Assembly: GCA_041392205.1 (NCBI GenBank)
Contig: JAWKMO010000002.1
Location: 273,641 to 337,640 of the forward strand
Length of the DNA: 64,000 nt
Direction: 5' to 3'
From: Flavobacteriaceae bacterium
Lineage (GTDB): Bacteria > Bacteroidota > Bacteroidia > Flavobacteriales > Flavobacteriaceae
Shown here: piece after piece, positions 1 to 9,316 of the stretch
How the letters are laid out: each line of letters begins with the position of its first letter
Position numbering within the stretch: the stretch's first letter is position 1
The notes under the pieces: generated by a model
The model's input: the letters and a program-made list of their open reading frames with translations, nothing else
Told to the model about the DNA's origin: nothing
Databases searched by the model: none
Position numbers and translations under genes: made by a program

Positions 1-299
1 GCTTCCATCGGCATTGAGGGTCCATTTTACTTCGGTAGAATCTTTGGTGGAAATCCACTGATCGAAATTCTTTCCATCGAACAACACAAGGGCATCACTT
101 GGCGCTCCGTTTTCCCCTGTTGGGTTTACTTTTGCGGGAACGGGTTCCCAGATTTCGGTTTCTTCTGGTTTGGTAGGTTCTGGGGTCGTTTCTTCAGAAG
201 TTATTTCTGTTTCAGTAACTTCTTCAACAACAGTTTTTGTTTTTTCTTTACACGAAATGAATACTATTGTTACACAAATTAGAAAGGCTATTTTTTTCA
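1..299 (-). CDS. Partial (N-terminal part, runs off window start) lipoprotein with DUF1080 / 3-keto-disaccharide hydrolase-like domain
   Basis: Reverse-complement of 1-299 translates from ATG at 299: MKKIAFLICVTIVFISCKEK... (lipoprotein signal+Cys), then ...FDGKNFDQWISTKD..WTLNADGS typical of DUF1080 family; no stop before window edge. Confidence 0.5.
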
Positions 300-1349
300 T
301 AATCCTAATATTTTTTTCAGTTGTTCTTTATCTATTTCGGCACCGGCAAAATCATCGAAGCGTTTTTGGGTGACTTCAATAATTCGGTCGCTTATAAATT
401 TAGCACCTTCGCGAGCACCTTGTTCGGGACTTTTTATAACACACTCCCATTCCATAACTGCCCAAACATCGCAGCCATATTCAGTTAATTTACTAAAAAC
501 AGTTTTGTAATCTATTTGGCCATCTCCTAAGGAACGGTAACGCCCGGCACGGTCCTTCCAATCACTATAACCTCCAAAAGCACCGCGTTTTCCGTCGGGA
601 AGAAATTCGGAATCTTTTACGTGAAACGCTTTAATAAATTCGTGATAGTGATCGATATATTGAATATAGTCTAGTTGCTGAAGGACAAAGTGACTGGGGT
701 CGTACAAAATATTTACCGCTTTGTGGTTTCCGGTAGCTTTCAGAAATCGTTCAAAAGTGACACCGTCGTGCAAATCTTCCCCAGGATGAATTTCATAACA
801 AACAGCCACTCCATTTTCTTCAAATTCATTCAATAGCGGAAGCCATCGTTTTGCCAATTCTTCAAAACCCATTTCCACCAATCCATCGGGGCGTTGCGGC
901 CATGGGTGCCATGTATGCCATAGAAGAGCACCACTAAACGTGGCGTGTGCTTTTAACCCTAGATGGTTACTCGCTTTAGCCGCACTTTGCAGTTGTTTAC
1001 GAGCCCATTCGGTACGCTTTTTTGGGTTGTTTTTACAGGCCTCTGGCGCAAAATTATCGAACATTAAATCGTAGGCAGGATGCACCGCTACTAACTGCCC
1101 TTGTAAATGGGTGGAAAGCTCTGTGATTTCAAGGCCGTAACTGTTTATTTTTCCTTTCAGCTCATCACAATAAACTTTGCTTTCCCCGGCCAATGTTAGA
1201 TCGATTAAACGACTTTCCCAGGTAGGAATTTGAATTCCTTTATAGCCTAAATCGGCTGCCCATTGGCAAATTCCTTCCAAGGTATTGAAAGGTGCTTTGT
1301 CATCCATAAATTGCGCTAAAAAAACTGCTGGACCTTTAATGGTTTTCAT
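297..1349 (-). CDS. Sugar phosphate isomerase/epimerase (xylose isomerase-like TIM barrel) family protein, cytoplasmic
   Basis: 350 aa ORF; TIM-barrel family recognised from conserved blocks (…VCYEIHPGEDLHDG…, …WAVMEWECV…); no signal peptide. Confidence 0.8.
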   Translation of the reverse strand: MKTIKGPAVFLAQFMDDKAPFNTLEGICQWAADLGYKGIQIPTWESRLIDLTLAGESKVYCDELKGKINSYGLEITELSTHLQGQLVAVHPAYDLMFDNFAPEACKNNPKKRTEWARKQLQSAAKASNHLGLKAHATFSGALLWHTWHPWPQRPDGLVEMGFEELAKRWLPLLNEFEENGVAVCYEIHPGEDLHDGVTFERFLKATGNHKAVNILYDPSHFVLQQLDYIQYIDHYHEFIKAFHVKDSEFLPDGKRGAFGGYSDWKDRAGRYRSLGDGQIDYKTVFSKLTEYGCDVWAVMEWECVIKSPEQGAREGAKFISDRIIEVTQKRFDDFAGAEIDKEQLKKILGL

Positions 1350-1433
1350 AGTACTGCCCGCGGAGGCGGGTATCTTTTATAATTAATATTAGTTTTTAAT
1401 AGAATAGAGGTCTAGACTGTGCTCGACCAGACA

Positions 1434-2627
1434 TTACAATTCTTTCCAAACATTGCCTTCTCTATGGGAAGCAACGGAAGTTTCAATAAAATTCATTCCT
1501 CGCACACCATCCCGCATGGAAGGGAATTCCGCTTTATCATGAGGTTGGTTTCGAACTGCTTTGGCAACCCCTTTGTATATATTTCCCATAGCGTCAAAAA
1601 TTCCTTCGGGATGTCCAGGAGGAAGTTTCGTGCCGTCCAAAGAAAGCTTACTGTTATAAACATTTCCGGGTTTTAAGGTTTTAATGGGTTCACCGTCTTC
1701 CAAATGATACAGATAATTGGGATTTTCTTGTTCCCATTTCAAAGCTCCTTTTTTTCCATAAACGGCAACGGTCAAATTGTTTTCTTCGGCAGTTGCAATT
1801 TGGCTCGCTCTTATAACACCTTTTGTATATTTTCCTAAACGCACCAACACCGTACCGTCGATATCCATTTGGTTATCGTCATACAAATGATTGAGGTCTG
1901 CCAAAATGGATTTTACATCCATCCCTGTAACATATTCAAGCATTTGATAGGCATGGACTCCAATATCTCCCATACAACAACTTATTCCCGATTTTGAAGG
2001 ATCCAAACGCCAAGTGGTGTTTCGCTTTTCTTTATCATGAATAATGGGATTAATCCATCCTTGATAGTACTGTACATCTACTTTTTGAACATCACCAATA
2101 GCCCCTTCTTCGATCATTTTTTTCATTTGGCGTACCATAGGGTAGCCAGTGTAGGTGTGGGTAAGAGCAAAGATGTTGTTGTTTTTATTCTGAATGTTTT
2201 CCAGTTCCAATGCTTCGACATAGGTCATGGTCATGGGTTTTTCACAAATAACGTTGAAACCGTTTTCCAATAACTTTTTAGCCATGGGGAAATGCAAAAA
2301 ATTAGGGGTTAAGATGGAAAACACCTGAATTCGTTCTCTTTCAGGAAGTTTTAATTCTTCACTGACCATGGTGTCAAAATCTTTATAGATTCTGTTGGTT
2401 GAAATTCCAATTTCTTTGGCAAAGGCAACATTTGCTTCAAAATCGGGATTAAAAACGGCTCCAGTTAATTGATAGGCGTCAAACATGCTGGCAGCGACAC
2501 GGTGTAACACACCAATAAGGGAATCGCCACCGCCCCCAAGAACGCCCCATCTAATTTTTGTACTCATAAAATTTATATTGTCTGGCCGAGCGCAGTCGAG
2601 GCCTTTTTTAAATCTCCTTTTTATCAA
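1434..2627 (-). CDS. Gfo/Idh/MocA family NAD(P)-dependent oxidoreductase
   Basis: 397 aa; N-terminal Rossmann motif IRWGVLGGGGDSLIG, overall Gfo/Idh/MocA architecture. Confidence 0.85.
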   Translation of the reverse strand: MIKRRFKKGLDCARPDNINFMSTKIRWGVLGGGGDSLIGVLHRVAASMFDAYQLTGAVFNPDFEANVAFAKEIGISTNRIYKDFDTMVSEELKLPERERIQVFSILTPNFLHFPMAKKLLENGFNVICEKPMTMTYVEALELENIQNKNNNIFALTHTYTGYPMVRQMKKMIEEGAIGDVQKVDVQYYQGWINPIIHDKEKRNTTWRLDPSKSGISCCMGDIGVHAYQMLEYVTGMDVKSILADLNHLYDDNQMDIDGTVLVRLGKYTKGVIRASQIATAEENNLTVAVYGKKGALKWEQENPNYLYHLEDGEPIKTLKPGNVYNSKLSLDGTKLPPGHPEGIFDAMGNIYKGVAKAVRNQPHDKAEFPSMRDGVRGMNFIETSVASHREGNVWKEL

Positions 2628-2650
2628 CCCTTCGACTGCGCTCAGGGTGA
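2578..2650. repeat. Imperfect palindromic intergenic element (REP-like), copy 1
   Basis: ttgtctggccgagcgcagtcgaggcc ... ccttcgactgcgctcagggtgac: two inverted arms; arms resemble those of the element at 44667-44740. Confidence 0.45.
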
Positions 2651-2657
2651 CTTATTA

Positions 2658-3884
2658 CTATTCTTTGTATTCTATTTTTTCGTTTTTAAATAATAGGGCA
2701 AATAGAATTAAAACCCCTGCGGCAAATAACGCCGGGAATCTCCAAATTTCCATCCAAGTATGGCCCCCTTCAGCGATGATATTGGCATCGGTTATTTTTC
2801 CTGCCACATAAAATCCTACTAACATTCCAATACCATAGGTTGCTAAAGTAATTAACCCTTGTGCGGCACTTTTTACTTTTTCCCCAGCTTTGCTATCGGT
2901 ATATATTTGCCCTGAAACAAAGAAAAAGTCATAGCAGACACCATGCAAAGCAATTCCAATTAATAACATAAATACCAGTTCCCCTGAATTTCCATAAGCA
3001 AATAATAAATATCGTAGAACCCAAGCTAGCATTCCAAAAAGGATTGTTTTTTTGAAGCCATATTTTTTGAAAAAGAAAGGAAGTAGTAACATAAATAAAA
3101 CTTCTGAAATTTGACCAAGAGTCATTTTTCCAGCGGGATTATTTACCCCTATTTCACCCAAGAATTGACCTGCATGTTGATAATAAAATGCCAAAGGAAT
3201 ACAAATTAAAATAGATGAAATAAAGAATATTAAAAAGTTCCTATCCTTTAATAATTTTAGTGCATCTAAGCCTAGAATATCAGAAAGATTAACTTTTTCC
3301 CCTTTTCCTTGAGGCGGAGTCTTGGGCAACAGAAAGCTAAATAAACCTAAAATAACAGAGGCAATTGAAACCATTAAAAAAGTATTTTTTAACATTCCAC
3401 TTTTAATTCCCTCTGGAGAATCCCATGCAAAAACATAACTTATTGTAAGTCCTGCTATTATCCACCCTATGGTTCCCCAAACCCTAATAAATGAAAATTC
3501 TTTAGCAGGGTCTTTCATTTGATTAAAAGAGACGGAATTTACTAAGGCTAATGTGGGCATATAAGCTATCATATATCCCAAAACGTAGGGATAAAAAGTA
3601 CCAAAATCGGTTGCTTGTGACATTTGGTACATAAGTATTGCCCCAATTAAGTGTAATACTCCCAATATTTTTTCAGCGTTAAAAAATCGATCAGCAATTA
3701 ATCCTATAATAAAGGGAGCAATAATAGCGCCCCAGGGTTGTGTAGAATATGCCATTCCTATTTCTCCACCGGTAGTTTTTAAAGTGTTTGGCAAATAAAT
3801 TCCCATGGTCACAAACCATCCTCCCCAAATGAAGAATTCGAGGAACATCATAAAAGATAACTGAAAGCGAGTGGTTGATTTCAT
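2658..3884 (-). CDS. MFS transporter, nucleoside:H+ symporter (NHS/NupG-like) family
   Basis: 408 aa, 12 predicted TM segments; N-terminus FQLSFMMFLEFFIWGGWFVTMGIYL matches NHS family hallmark. Confidence 0.7.
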   Translation of the reverse strand: MKSTTRFQLSFMMFLEFFIWGGWFVTMGIYLPNTLKTTGGEIGMAYSTQPWGAIIAPFIIGLIADRFFNAEKILGVLHLIGAILMYQMSQATDFGTFYPYVLGYMIAYMPTLALVNSVSFNQMKDPAKEFSFIRVWGTIGWIIAGLTISYVFAWDSPEGIKSGMLKNTFLMVSIASVILGLFSFLLPKTPPQGKGEKVNLSDILGLDALKLLKDRNFLIFFISSILICIPLAFYYQHAGQFLGEIGVNNPAGKMTLGQISEVLFMLLLPFFFKKYGFKKTILFGMLAWVLRYLLFAYGNSGELVFMLLIGIALHGVCYDFFFVSGQIYTDSKAGEKVKSAAQGLITLATYGIGMLVGFYVAGKITDANIIAEGGHTWMEIWRFPALFAAGVLILFALLFKNEKIEYKE

Positions 3885-3901
3885 CGTTATAAATATTTTG
3901 A

Positions 3902-4876
3902 TTAGTTAGATTGTGCAACGGCTTTTTCAACCAATGCTTTTGTAGCTTTAATTCCTTCGGTTGGGTCTTCCTCAGGCCCTTCAAATTCAATTCCTACAAA
4001 AGCATCAAAATCGGAATTTTTAATAATGTTAAACATTTTATAGTAATCTATCGTCGTTTCGTTTCCTTGGGCATCAAAGGCATACGATTTTGCTGAAATA
4101 CCGGTAGCAAAGGGAAGAATTTCTGCCGTTCCTTTATAGCGATCGTATTCTTCTACACAAGGAGCTCCCCAACGGGCACCCCCTTCTCTTTTTAAACAAA
4201 AGTTGCCAAAATCGGGTAAGGTTCCACAGTTAGGCATATTTACTTCTTTCATTACTCTGGCTAGCAATGCTCCATTACTGGAAAGACCTCCATGATTTTC
4301 AACAATGATGTTTACATTTTTGGTAGCTGCATAGTCACACAAAGCTTTTAAAGAGCGGACAGAGTTTTTTACCCATGCTTCAGGGTCTTCTTCTCCGAAA
4401 AGATTAACTCTAATGGAGTGACACCCTAAATAGGCAGCTGCATCGACCCATTTTTTATGATTTTCTACGGCTTGTGCTGTTATTTTTTCGTCGTTAAAAG
4501 AAAAATCGCCTTCTCCATCAATCATAATAAGCACGTTTTTCATTCCATAGCGTTCGCTTCTAGCTTTTAAAGAATCAAGTATGGTTTGAAGCCCTGCCTC
4601 TTTCATAGGAAATTTTACCGCTTCATTGGTATATAACTGGCTCACATATTCTAAGCCTTCAAAACCAAATTCTTTCGCTGTTTTAGCAAAGTCCATAGGG
4701 TCTGCTGTCCCGGCGAAAATAGGCTTGTTAAGCGACCATTGGGCCAAAGAAAGTGGGTAGTTTTTTGCAGGCACAGTATCTGTGATTATCTGGGCAGTTT
4801 CTGAAGTTTCTTCTGGGGTGTTTTTGCAAGCAAGGATTGCATTTACTAAGAAGACTAATACGATAATTTTTTTCAT
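3902..4876 (-). CDS. Lipoprotein, sugar phosphate isomerase/epimerase (xylose isomerase-like TIM barrel) family
   Basis: 324 aa; signal peptide + Cys (LVNAILACKN); TIM-barrel family blocks (…NIIVENHGG…). Confidence 0.7.
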   Translation of the reverse strand: MKKIIVLVFLVNAILACKNTPEETSETAQIITDTVPAKNYPLSLAQWSLNKPIFAGTADPMDFAKTAKEFGFEGLEYVSQLYTNEAVKFPMKEAGLQTILDSLKARSERYGMKNVLIMIDGEGDFSFNDEKITAQAVENHKKWVDAAAYLGCHSIRVNLFGEEDPEAWVKNSVRSLKALCDYAATKNVNIIVENHGGLSSNGALLARVMKEVNMPNCGTLPDFGNFCLKREGGARWGAPCVEEYDRYKGTAEILPFATGISAKSYAFDAQGNETTIDYYKMFNIIKNSDFDAFVGIEFEGPEEDPTEGIKATKALVEKAVAQSN

Positions 4877-4985
4877 GTCTTAACGAAAGTTGGTTGCTAC
4901 AATTTTTAAAGATAAAATTTCCCCTAAGATAATTCTTTTTTGAAAGGACTCCATCGGTTTTATTGGGCGAATGCGAATTTCGTAC

Positions 4986-5001
4986 CCGAAAACGTTTTCG
5001 G
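4986..5001. promoter_or_regulatory. Perfect 16-bp palindrome ccgaaaacgttttcgg in divergent intergenic region (candidate operator)
   Basis: Seen directly; lies between divergently transcribed 3902..4876(-) and 5149..6843(+). Confidence 0.4.
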
Positions 5002-5148
5002 ATAACAATCTTATTCTTTTAAGAAAGGATTTTTGCGTAATCCGAAAAATTACCGCAAATTAGTAGTTAACTTTATAATTCTTAGTTGCCAATAGGTATA
5101 AAAAACTAAGCTAGCTCAAAATAAACTCAATAAAACAATAAACATACA

Positions 5149-6843
5149 ATGGTAAAACCTAACGAAATGTACGACGCCATCGTTGTAGGCTCTGGAATTA
5201 GTGGTGGATGGGCCGCCAAGGAGCTTTGCGAAAATGGTATGAAAACATTGGTTCTTGAAAGAGGACGAATGATAAAGCATATTGAAGATTACCCTACAGC
5301 CAACTTGGACCCCTGGGATTTTAAATTTAAAGGGCAACTTCCAGTGGAAGAACTTAAAACCCAATTAAAACAAGCTAGAACTGGATATACTACCGATGAA
5401 GCCCATAGGCATTTTTTTGTCAATGATTTAATCCATCCGTATAATGAAACGAAACGATTTGACTGGATGCGGGGTTACCACGTAGGTGGTCGTTCTATCA
5501 TGTGGGGACGTCAAAGCTATCGTTTAAGTGATATTGATTTTGAAGCCAATAAAAAAGAAGGTATTGCTGTAGACTGGCCAGTGAGGTACAAAGACATTGC
5601 TCCCTGGTATGATAAAGTAGAAGAGTTTATAGGGGTAAGTGGTGAAGCCTTAGGGCTTGAAGTGCTTCCCGATGGAGTTTTTTCACCTCCTATGGAATTA
5701 AATTGTGCCGAAATTGATTTAAAAGAATCTATGGCAAAAAATTATGACGATGGTAGGGTATTAACTATTGGGCGTACCGCCCATATTACTGGAACCAAAA
5801 CCCATGATGGTCGGTCGGCATGTCAATACCGAAACCGTTGTATGAGAGGTTGCCCTTTTGGAGGGTATTTTAGTAGTGTTTCTTCCACACTTCCAGCGGC
5901 AGAAAAAACAGGGAATTTAACATTACGACCCAATTCCATTGTTCATGAAATCATGTATGACGATGTCACTCAAAAAGCTACAGGAGTAAAGGTAATTGAT
6001 GCAGAATCTGGAGAAAAATTGGAGTTTAATGCCAAAGTAATTTTCCTTTGTGCTTCTGCGATTGCTACTGCCAGTATTTTATTACAATCTAAAAGCGAAA
6101 GATTTCCAAATGGCATGGGCAACGATAGTGGTGAATTAGGATGTAATATTATGGATCACCACTTTAAAGCAGGGGCTATGGCTAAAGTAGATGCTTTTGA
6201 AGATAAGTATTATAAAGGAAGACGACCCAACGGATTGTACATACCACGTTTCCGAAATATAGGTGGAAAAACGGATATGCCTAATTTTAAAAGAGGCTAT
6301 GGCTACCAAGGAGGTGCAAGTAGATCGGATTATGAATTGGTAGCAGAATTAGGTTATGGAAAGCAAATGAAAGATGCGATTGTTAAACCTGGCGAATGGA
6401 GCATGTTGTTAATGGGTTTTGGCGAATGTTTACCTTATCATGAAAACAAAATGACCATGGATTATGAAAAACTAGATAAATGGGGCTTACCCACCGTTAC
6501 GTTTGATGCCGAATGGAAAGAAAACGAATACGAAATGCGTAAAGACATGGTGCAACAAGCCATAGAAATGCTTGAAAAAGCAGGATATAAGGATATACGT
6601 CCTTGGGATGACCCTGGAGCTCCTGGGCTTGGAATCCATGAAATGGGAACTGCCCGCATGGGGCACGACCCAAAGACCTCTGTATGTAATAGTAATAATC
6701 AGTTACATGCCGTACCAAATGTGTACTGTACCGATGGTTCTTTTATGACCTCTGCCAGTTGTGTAAACCCATCATTAACGTATATGGCCTTTAGTGCCAG
6801 AGCGGCAAATCATGCTGTTAACCAAATTAAAAAAGAAGCCTAA
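5149..6843 (+). CDS. GMC family FAD-dependent oxidoreductase (glycoside/sugar dehydrogenase large subunit-like)
   Basis: 564 aa; N-terminal FAD fold YDAIVVGSGISGGWAAKEL; C-terminal GMC active-site region …HEMGTARMG…. Confidence 0.85.
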   Translation: MVKPNEMYDAIVVGSGISGGWAAKELCENGMKTLVLERGRMIKHIEDYPTANLDPWDFKFKGQLPVEELKTQLKQARTGYTTDEAHRHFFVNDLIHPYNETKRFDWMRGYHVGGRSIMWGRQSYRLSDIDFEANKKEGIAVDWPVRYKDIAPWYDKVEEFIGVSGEALGLEVLPDGVFSPPMELNCAEIDLKESMAKNYDDGRVLTIGRTAHITGTKTHDGRSACQYRNRCMRGCPFGGYFSSVSSTLPAAEKTGNLTLRPNSIVHEIMYDDVTQKATGVKVIDAESGEKLEFNAKVIFLCASAIATASILLQSKSERFPNGMGNDSGELGCNIMDHHFKAGAMAKVDAFEDKYYKGRRPNGLYIPRFRNIGGKTDMPNFKRGYGYQGGASRSDYELVAELGYGKQMKDAIVKPGEWSMLLMGFGECLPYHENKMTMDYEKLDKWGLPTVTFDAEWKENEYEMRKDMVQQAIEMLEKAGYKDIRPWDDPGAPGLGIHEMGTARMGHDPKTSVCNSNNQLHAVPNVYCTDGSFMTSASCVNPSLTYMAFSARAANHAVNQIKKEA

Positions 6844-7532
6844 TGGATAGAAGACAAGCCTTACGAAATCTTGGTTGGGGTGCTGGAGCCCTAGTAGCCA
6901 CTCCCACCATTATAAGTTTATTACAAAGCTGTAAAGAAACGGGACCTGTTTTCACTCCTGTCTTTGTTTCTCCAACTCAAGGATATGCCCTAAAAAGTAT
7001 GGTAGATTTAATTTTACCAAATGATGAGCAAGTACCCGGAGCTGTAGCCCTTGGAGTGCATCAATTTATTGACAGTTATTGGAATGAAGTGTTGCCCGCA
7101 GCTAAAGCTGATATTGAAGATGAGTTCTGGGAAGTTTCATCTTCCCGAGAGCAACAGTTTGTAAAAAATGCATTCAATACTTTTGAAGCTGAGTTTAAAA
7201 CCTCTTTCAATAAAGAGTTAGATAAAGGGACTCCGGAGGAGTATGACCAAATGCTCGCAAAGTATCTTAAAACAGATAAAGAGCAGCAGATTGTATACGG
7301 AAAAGCTATGGGTGATTATCTTATGGCATTCAAGGACAACCCTTCCGCTACCTTCGACAAAGACGCACAGTTGTTTTATTTGCTTTCATCTATTAGAGGG
7401 CTTACCATTTGGGGATGGAAAACTAGCGAGGAAATAGGTAAAAATGTTCTTTGGTATGATCCCGTTCCGGGGCAATACAAAGGATGTATTCCTTTAAGCG
7501 AAGCCGGAAACGGAAACGCCATGGCATTATAA
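6843..7532 (+). CDS. Gluconate 2-dehydrogenase subunit 3-family small subunit with Tat signal
   Basis: 229 aa; MDRRQALRNLGWGAGALVATPTI twin-arginine signal; start overlaps stop of GMC gene (TAATG), typical of GMC large/small subunit pairs. Confidence 0.65.
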   Translation: MDRRQALRNLGWGAGALVATPTIISLLQSCKETGPVFTPVFVSPTQGYALKSMVDLILPNDEQVPGAVALGVHQFIDSYWNEVLPAAKADIEDEFWEVSSSREQQFVKNAFNTFEAEFKTSFNKELDKGTPEEYDQMLAKYLKTDKEQQIVYGKAMGDYLMAFKDNPSATFDKDAQLFYLLSSIRGLTIWGWKTSEEIGKNVLWYDPVPGQYKGCIPLSEAGNGNAMAL

Positions 7533-7542
7533 ATTCTTTGCG

Positions 7543-8466
7543 ATGAACCGAAGAAATTTTATTCAAAAGGGAGCCTTAACAGGTTCCCTTTTTACTTTAA
7601 GTGGAAGTGCTTTGGCTACAGAAATTTTGAAGCCTCAGCAAACAATTAAGCACAATTTTAGGCTTAAGTATGCCCCTCACGACGGTATGTTTAAGGCTCA
7701 CGCCGGAGAAAATATATTAGACCAAATTCAATTTGCTTACGACCAAGGGTTTACAGCATTTGAAGATAATGAAATGCGAAACCGCCCTGTCTCTGAACAA
7801 AAACAAATGGCTTCCAAAATGGAAGCATTAGAAATGGAAATGGGAGTTTTTGTCGCTCATAAAATTTATTGGAAAGAACCTAATCTTGCCAGCGGTAAAA
7901 AAGAATGGCGGGAAGAATTTCTTCAGGATATTAGAGCTTCGGTTAAGGTTGCTAAAAGAGTAAATGCCAAATGGATGACAGTGGTACCGGGACATATAGA
8001 TTTGCGTTTAGATAGCCATTATCAAACAGCAAATGTGATAGAAACCCTAAAGAGAGCGTGTGCCATTTTGGAACCCCATAATTTGGTTATGGTTCTAGAA
8101 CCCTTAAATTTTAGGGACCATCCAGGACTTTTTTTAAGTGAAAGCCCACAGGCTTTTCAAATTTGTAAAGCGGTGAATAGTCCCTCTTGTAAAATACTTT
8201 TCGATATCTATCATCAACAAATTCAAGAGGGGAACTTAATACCCAATATAGAAGCTTGTTGGGATGAAATAGGGTATTTTCAAATTGGCGATAACCCCGG
8301 AAGAAATGAGCCAACTACGGGAGAAATTAACTATAAAAATATCTTTAAATATATCTACAATAAAGGATTTAAAGGCATTTTGGGAATGGAACACGGTAAT
8401 TCACTTGCCGGTAAGGAGGGGGAATTAAAGCTTATTGAAGCTTATCGTGAAGTAGATTCATTTTAG
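7543..8466 (+). CDS. Tat-signal sugar phosphate isomerase/epimerase (hydroxypyruvate isomerase-like TIM barrel)
   Basis: 307 aa; MNRRNFIQKGALTGSLFTLSGSALA Tat motif; TIM-barrel family blocks (…MVLEPLN…, …GMEHGN…). Confidence 0.75.
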   Translation: MNRRNFIQKGALTGSLFTLSGSALATEILKPQQTIKHNFRLKYAPHDGMFKAHAGENILDQIQFAYDQGFTAFEDNEMRNRPVSEQKQMASKMEALEMEMGVFVAHKIYWKEPNLASGKKEWREEFLQDIRASVKVAKRVNAKWMTVVPGHIDLRLDSHYQTANVIETLKRACAILEPHNLVMVLEPLNFRDHPGLFLSESPQAFQICKAVNSPSCKILFDIYHQQIQEGNLIPNIEACWDEIGYFQIGDNPGRNEPTTGEINYKNIFKYIYNKGFKGILGMEHGNSLAGKEGELKLIEAYREVDSF

Positions 8467-8537
8467 AGAAAAGGAAAATAGTTTTTTTGTGAAAGTATTT
8501 CTGAAACACTCCGACATAAGTTTCAGAAAAAAAAACT

Positions 8538-9251
8538 ATGCCACGAATAATCCTTATTTCGATACTCATTTCACTTTTTACTATTTCAGTAAACAATGCG
8601 CAAACCCCCTCAAGTTATTTTGAGGCCACCGATGCTTTTCTAAAAAAATATGTTTCCAAAGGGAAAGTAGATTATGCTGCCATTTGTAAAAATCCAGAAG
8701 ATCTAAACACCCTATTACAACAAGCAAAAAATATTTCCGTTTCCAAAAATGAGGCTGCTACCTATCAAGCCTTTTGGATAAATACCTACAATCTTGCCGT
8801 AATTAAAGGTATTGTAGATAATTACCCCATCAAATCCCCATTAGACAAAAGTGGCTTTTTTGACCGTATAACCTATGAAGTAGGAGGTTCAAAAATTACC
8901 TTAAATGACATCGAAAACAAAAAACTTCGGGTTGTTATTGGCGATGCCCGAGTGCATTTTGTTTTAGTTTGTGGTGCCAAAGGATGCCCCCCTCTTATTG
9001 CGGAAGCGTATACTCCCGAAAGGTTAGAAAGTCAGTTACAAAATCAAACTTCAAAAGCACTTAATAGCAGCTTCATTAAGGTGGAGGATAAAAAGGTGTT
9101 GCTTTCAGAAATTTTTAAATGGTACAAAGAAGATTTTGTAAAAAATGGAAATGAAATAGATTTTATCAATCAGTTCAGAAAAGAAAAAATAGACCCCAAC
9201 CTTAAAATTGATTACTATTCCTATAACTGGCAGTTGAACTCAAACCATTAG
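8538..9251 (+). CDS. DUF547 domain-containing secreted protein
   Basis: 237 aa; signal peptide; AFWINTYNLAVI motif characteristic of DUF547. Confidence 0.6.
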   Translation: MPRIILISILISLFTISVNNAQTPSSYFEATDAFLKKYVSKGKVDYAAICKNPEDLNTLLQQAKNISVSKNEAATYQAFWINTYNLAVIKGIVDNYPIKSPLDKSGFFDRITYEVGGSKITLNDIENKKLRVVIGDARVHFVLVCGAKGCPPLIAEAYTPERLESQLQNQTSKALNSSFIKVEDKKVLLSEIFKWYKEDFVKNGNEIDFINQFRKEKIDPNLKIDYYSYNWQLNSNH

Positions 9252-9316
9252 TACTTTCCAAAAGTTTTTTAGGAACATTCAGAAAATTACTACCCTAAAT
9301 TTTAAAAACTCAAAAA

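Noticed and set aside
170-373. 67-aa plus-strand ORF
   Set aside because: Lies antisense to and overlapping the DUF1080-like and TIM-barrel genes. Low-complexity Ser/Val run. Spurious.
1419-2811. Several 78-108-aa plus-strand ORFs (1419..1676, 2037..2273, 2485..2811)
   Set aside because: Entirely antisense to well-supported Gfo/Idh/MocA and NHS transporter genes.
8467-8537. Hairpin tttctgaaac…gtttcagaaa upstream of DUF547 gene
   Set aside because: 9-bp stem followed by an A-run rather than a T-run on the coding strand. It is not a terminator for the upstream plus-strand gene. Possible regulatory hairpin but no further support.
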